Positions 63,801 to 64,000 of a stretch of DNA of 64,000 bases are shown here, piece by piece. The position numbers were made by a program, and so were the translations under genes. The number at the start of each line of letters is the position of its first letter. Position 1 is the first letter of the stretch. Source of the stretch: an uncultured Caldithrix sp. (GTDB taxonomy: Bacteria > Electryoneota > AABM5-125-24 > Hatepunaeales > Hatepunaeaceae); assembly GCA_964355675.1 (NCBI GenBank), contig CAYHEC010000006.1, positions 1 to 64,000 on the forward strand, in the 5' to 3' direction. The notes beneath the pieces are model-generated. The model did not search any database. It had not been told where the DNA came from and saw only the letters and a list, made by a program, of their open reading frames with translations.

Positions 63801-64000
63801 GACCAACGCGTTTAAATTGATCAGCCGCCGCTTTGTGGTCGTTCCCTTCCTTCAAATTGGAGGCGGTCAAAAAGACCGATTCGGCTTTTCTGCGCTTGGA
63901 AGCGTCCTTCAAATCCTTTGAAACATGCGAATTGTTGGCAATCCTACCAGAAACAGTCTCAACCGCGGCATAATCTTTAACTTTGAAGTAACCCTCGAGA
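60826..64000 (-). CDS. Large TPR-repeat protein, 5'-truncated by the window edge (the ORF stays open upstream of the listed TTG at 63912 through nt 64000)
   Basis: TPR units (YQYADRSLFQSGIEYMQANAFSEANEVF..., YGDKALYNLGFNLQ...). Reading the minus strand from 63999 gives LEGYFKVKDYAAVETVSGRIANNSHVSKDLKDASK with no stop. Confidence 0.7.
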   Translation of the reverse strand, partial: LEGYFKVKDYAAVETVSGRIANNSHVSKDLKDASKRRKAESVFLTASNLKEGNDHKAAADQFKRVGLENPEYQYADRSLFQSGIEYMQANAFSEANEVFTILADRYPQSEYGDKALYNLGFNLQSQLKDPKRSAEAYERLVKAYPKSELSQGALANASQNYNQIGDDRSAIRVNQLYVQIFPQAEDASVYLFENASHYMKLEEVDKANEIYRQFAQRYPDDPRTVQAFFERGKYSLDKGDRTGASREFTSTLDAHQKLVGRGLSGSPRYASQSLNYLLQWEQEEYNKLRITGNDAAIKLAKQRKKDWRNALVEKYHQLIRFGQKEAYRSFYAIGKLDEDFALATYEQSVPQVKNLQGKIDTLARVVDEAIILNYVSAQSYKSGFENLRAISTPLKDEHARRQSDYDAFAGVVAQLQKDSTAVGLADSLSKLSALQRGLTELDSAVIEASNWADSCRYKMPYVAFLNGKYLAKLWYANFELRSTDKDEEVRMLFRQEVIKNIIAPMAPEICGLYLQAWNEAKSVGLGSKWRDAVELGYKETVDTLISKYVEQTNLAQARVDKNVKDFVNILPKGEDGKTPQGFYSDEMGGIILDQVDYLNNFTLDMLEGYRGILDTAAVYQIPYGFGESANDQLLQFVLKQSELFSKYSEDAQAKKIEFSAKYDETSELQYDDAQVAFEDIGNNFRDYTLILLESGLSLRQTYNLSGMAGIELTTKLVSLNPEKYGSQVGLSSDKTSVETNTEWLVWAQATEGFQNNDFDDSGWERALKAGFSTDVNMGILDSIGAEAIWYFREKPAPVIQEVAPQVEIPAQSEEPLVEDTSSSADSLVTTDSTLINEENPEVLAEEPPATPSTPVELVDTEADSLWRIWMNPDSNGVKTYWFRKSFTIYQPPSGGKFWLTADDNFSLYLNGAFVGEDSKDDNLDWMLVKEFPVLEFLKVGNNVVAIEASDMNNTRQGLRAGLIYEFVPDMNKQLASLSERELERDKSLKAQAVSKLRSDEEQINLGTNLPPEKQPEPQELTETVVEDNEMIAEPEKIVGPTPSQLRDMRIIEKNKLR

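Overview
64-kb chromosomal segment of an unidentified bacterium. Four secreted proteins with T9SS-type C-terminal sorting domains and an AgmX/ExbB/ExbD/TPR cluster suggest an FCB-superphylum-like, probably uncultured lineage. There is no rRNA or tRNA in the window to anchor taxonomy. The right part (~29.7-64 kb) is ordinary housekeeping: NfnAB-like fusion, EamA, mltG, uvrD/pcrA, TPR proteins, M28 peptidase, fumarase alpha, mdh, rplU-rpmA, rng, the phoH-pgpH-ybeY-tlyC operon, aspS and an ExbBD/TonB-like cluster. The left part (~0-26 kb) is a mosaic. Core genes (SPFH protein, solitary nuoM, hflKC) alternate with visibly AT-richer accessory modules: (i) an MmeI-family Type IIL R-M enzyme; (ii) a DGQHR(DndB-like)-HEPN fusion protein coupled to a B12-binding-like radical SAM enzyme; (iii) HigB / HigA-ImmA; (iv) a DUF4160/DUF2442 pair; (v) a translationally coupled four-gene operon of m5C DNA methyltransferase, dual-GHKL (MORC-like plus His-kinase-like) ATPase, receiver-domain protein and caspase/CHAT-like protein. 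Modules (v) and (ii) are my best candidates for undescribed defence systems. No integrase, transposase, CRISPR array or RNA gene was found. Almost every intergenic spacer in the window is packed with short GC-rich hairpin repeats of a few families. Some show compensatory stem changes. Some supply stop codons, one is inserted in-frame in a CDS, and one array abuts a helicase gene that has no canonical start codon. All domain calls come from motif reading by eye; no database search was possible. Intergenic coordinates are accurate to about +/-2 nt.
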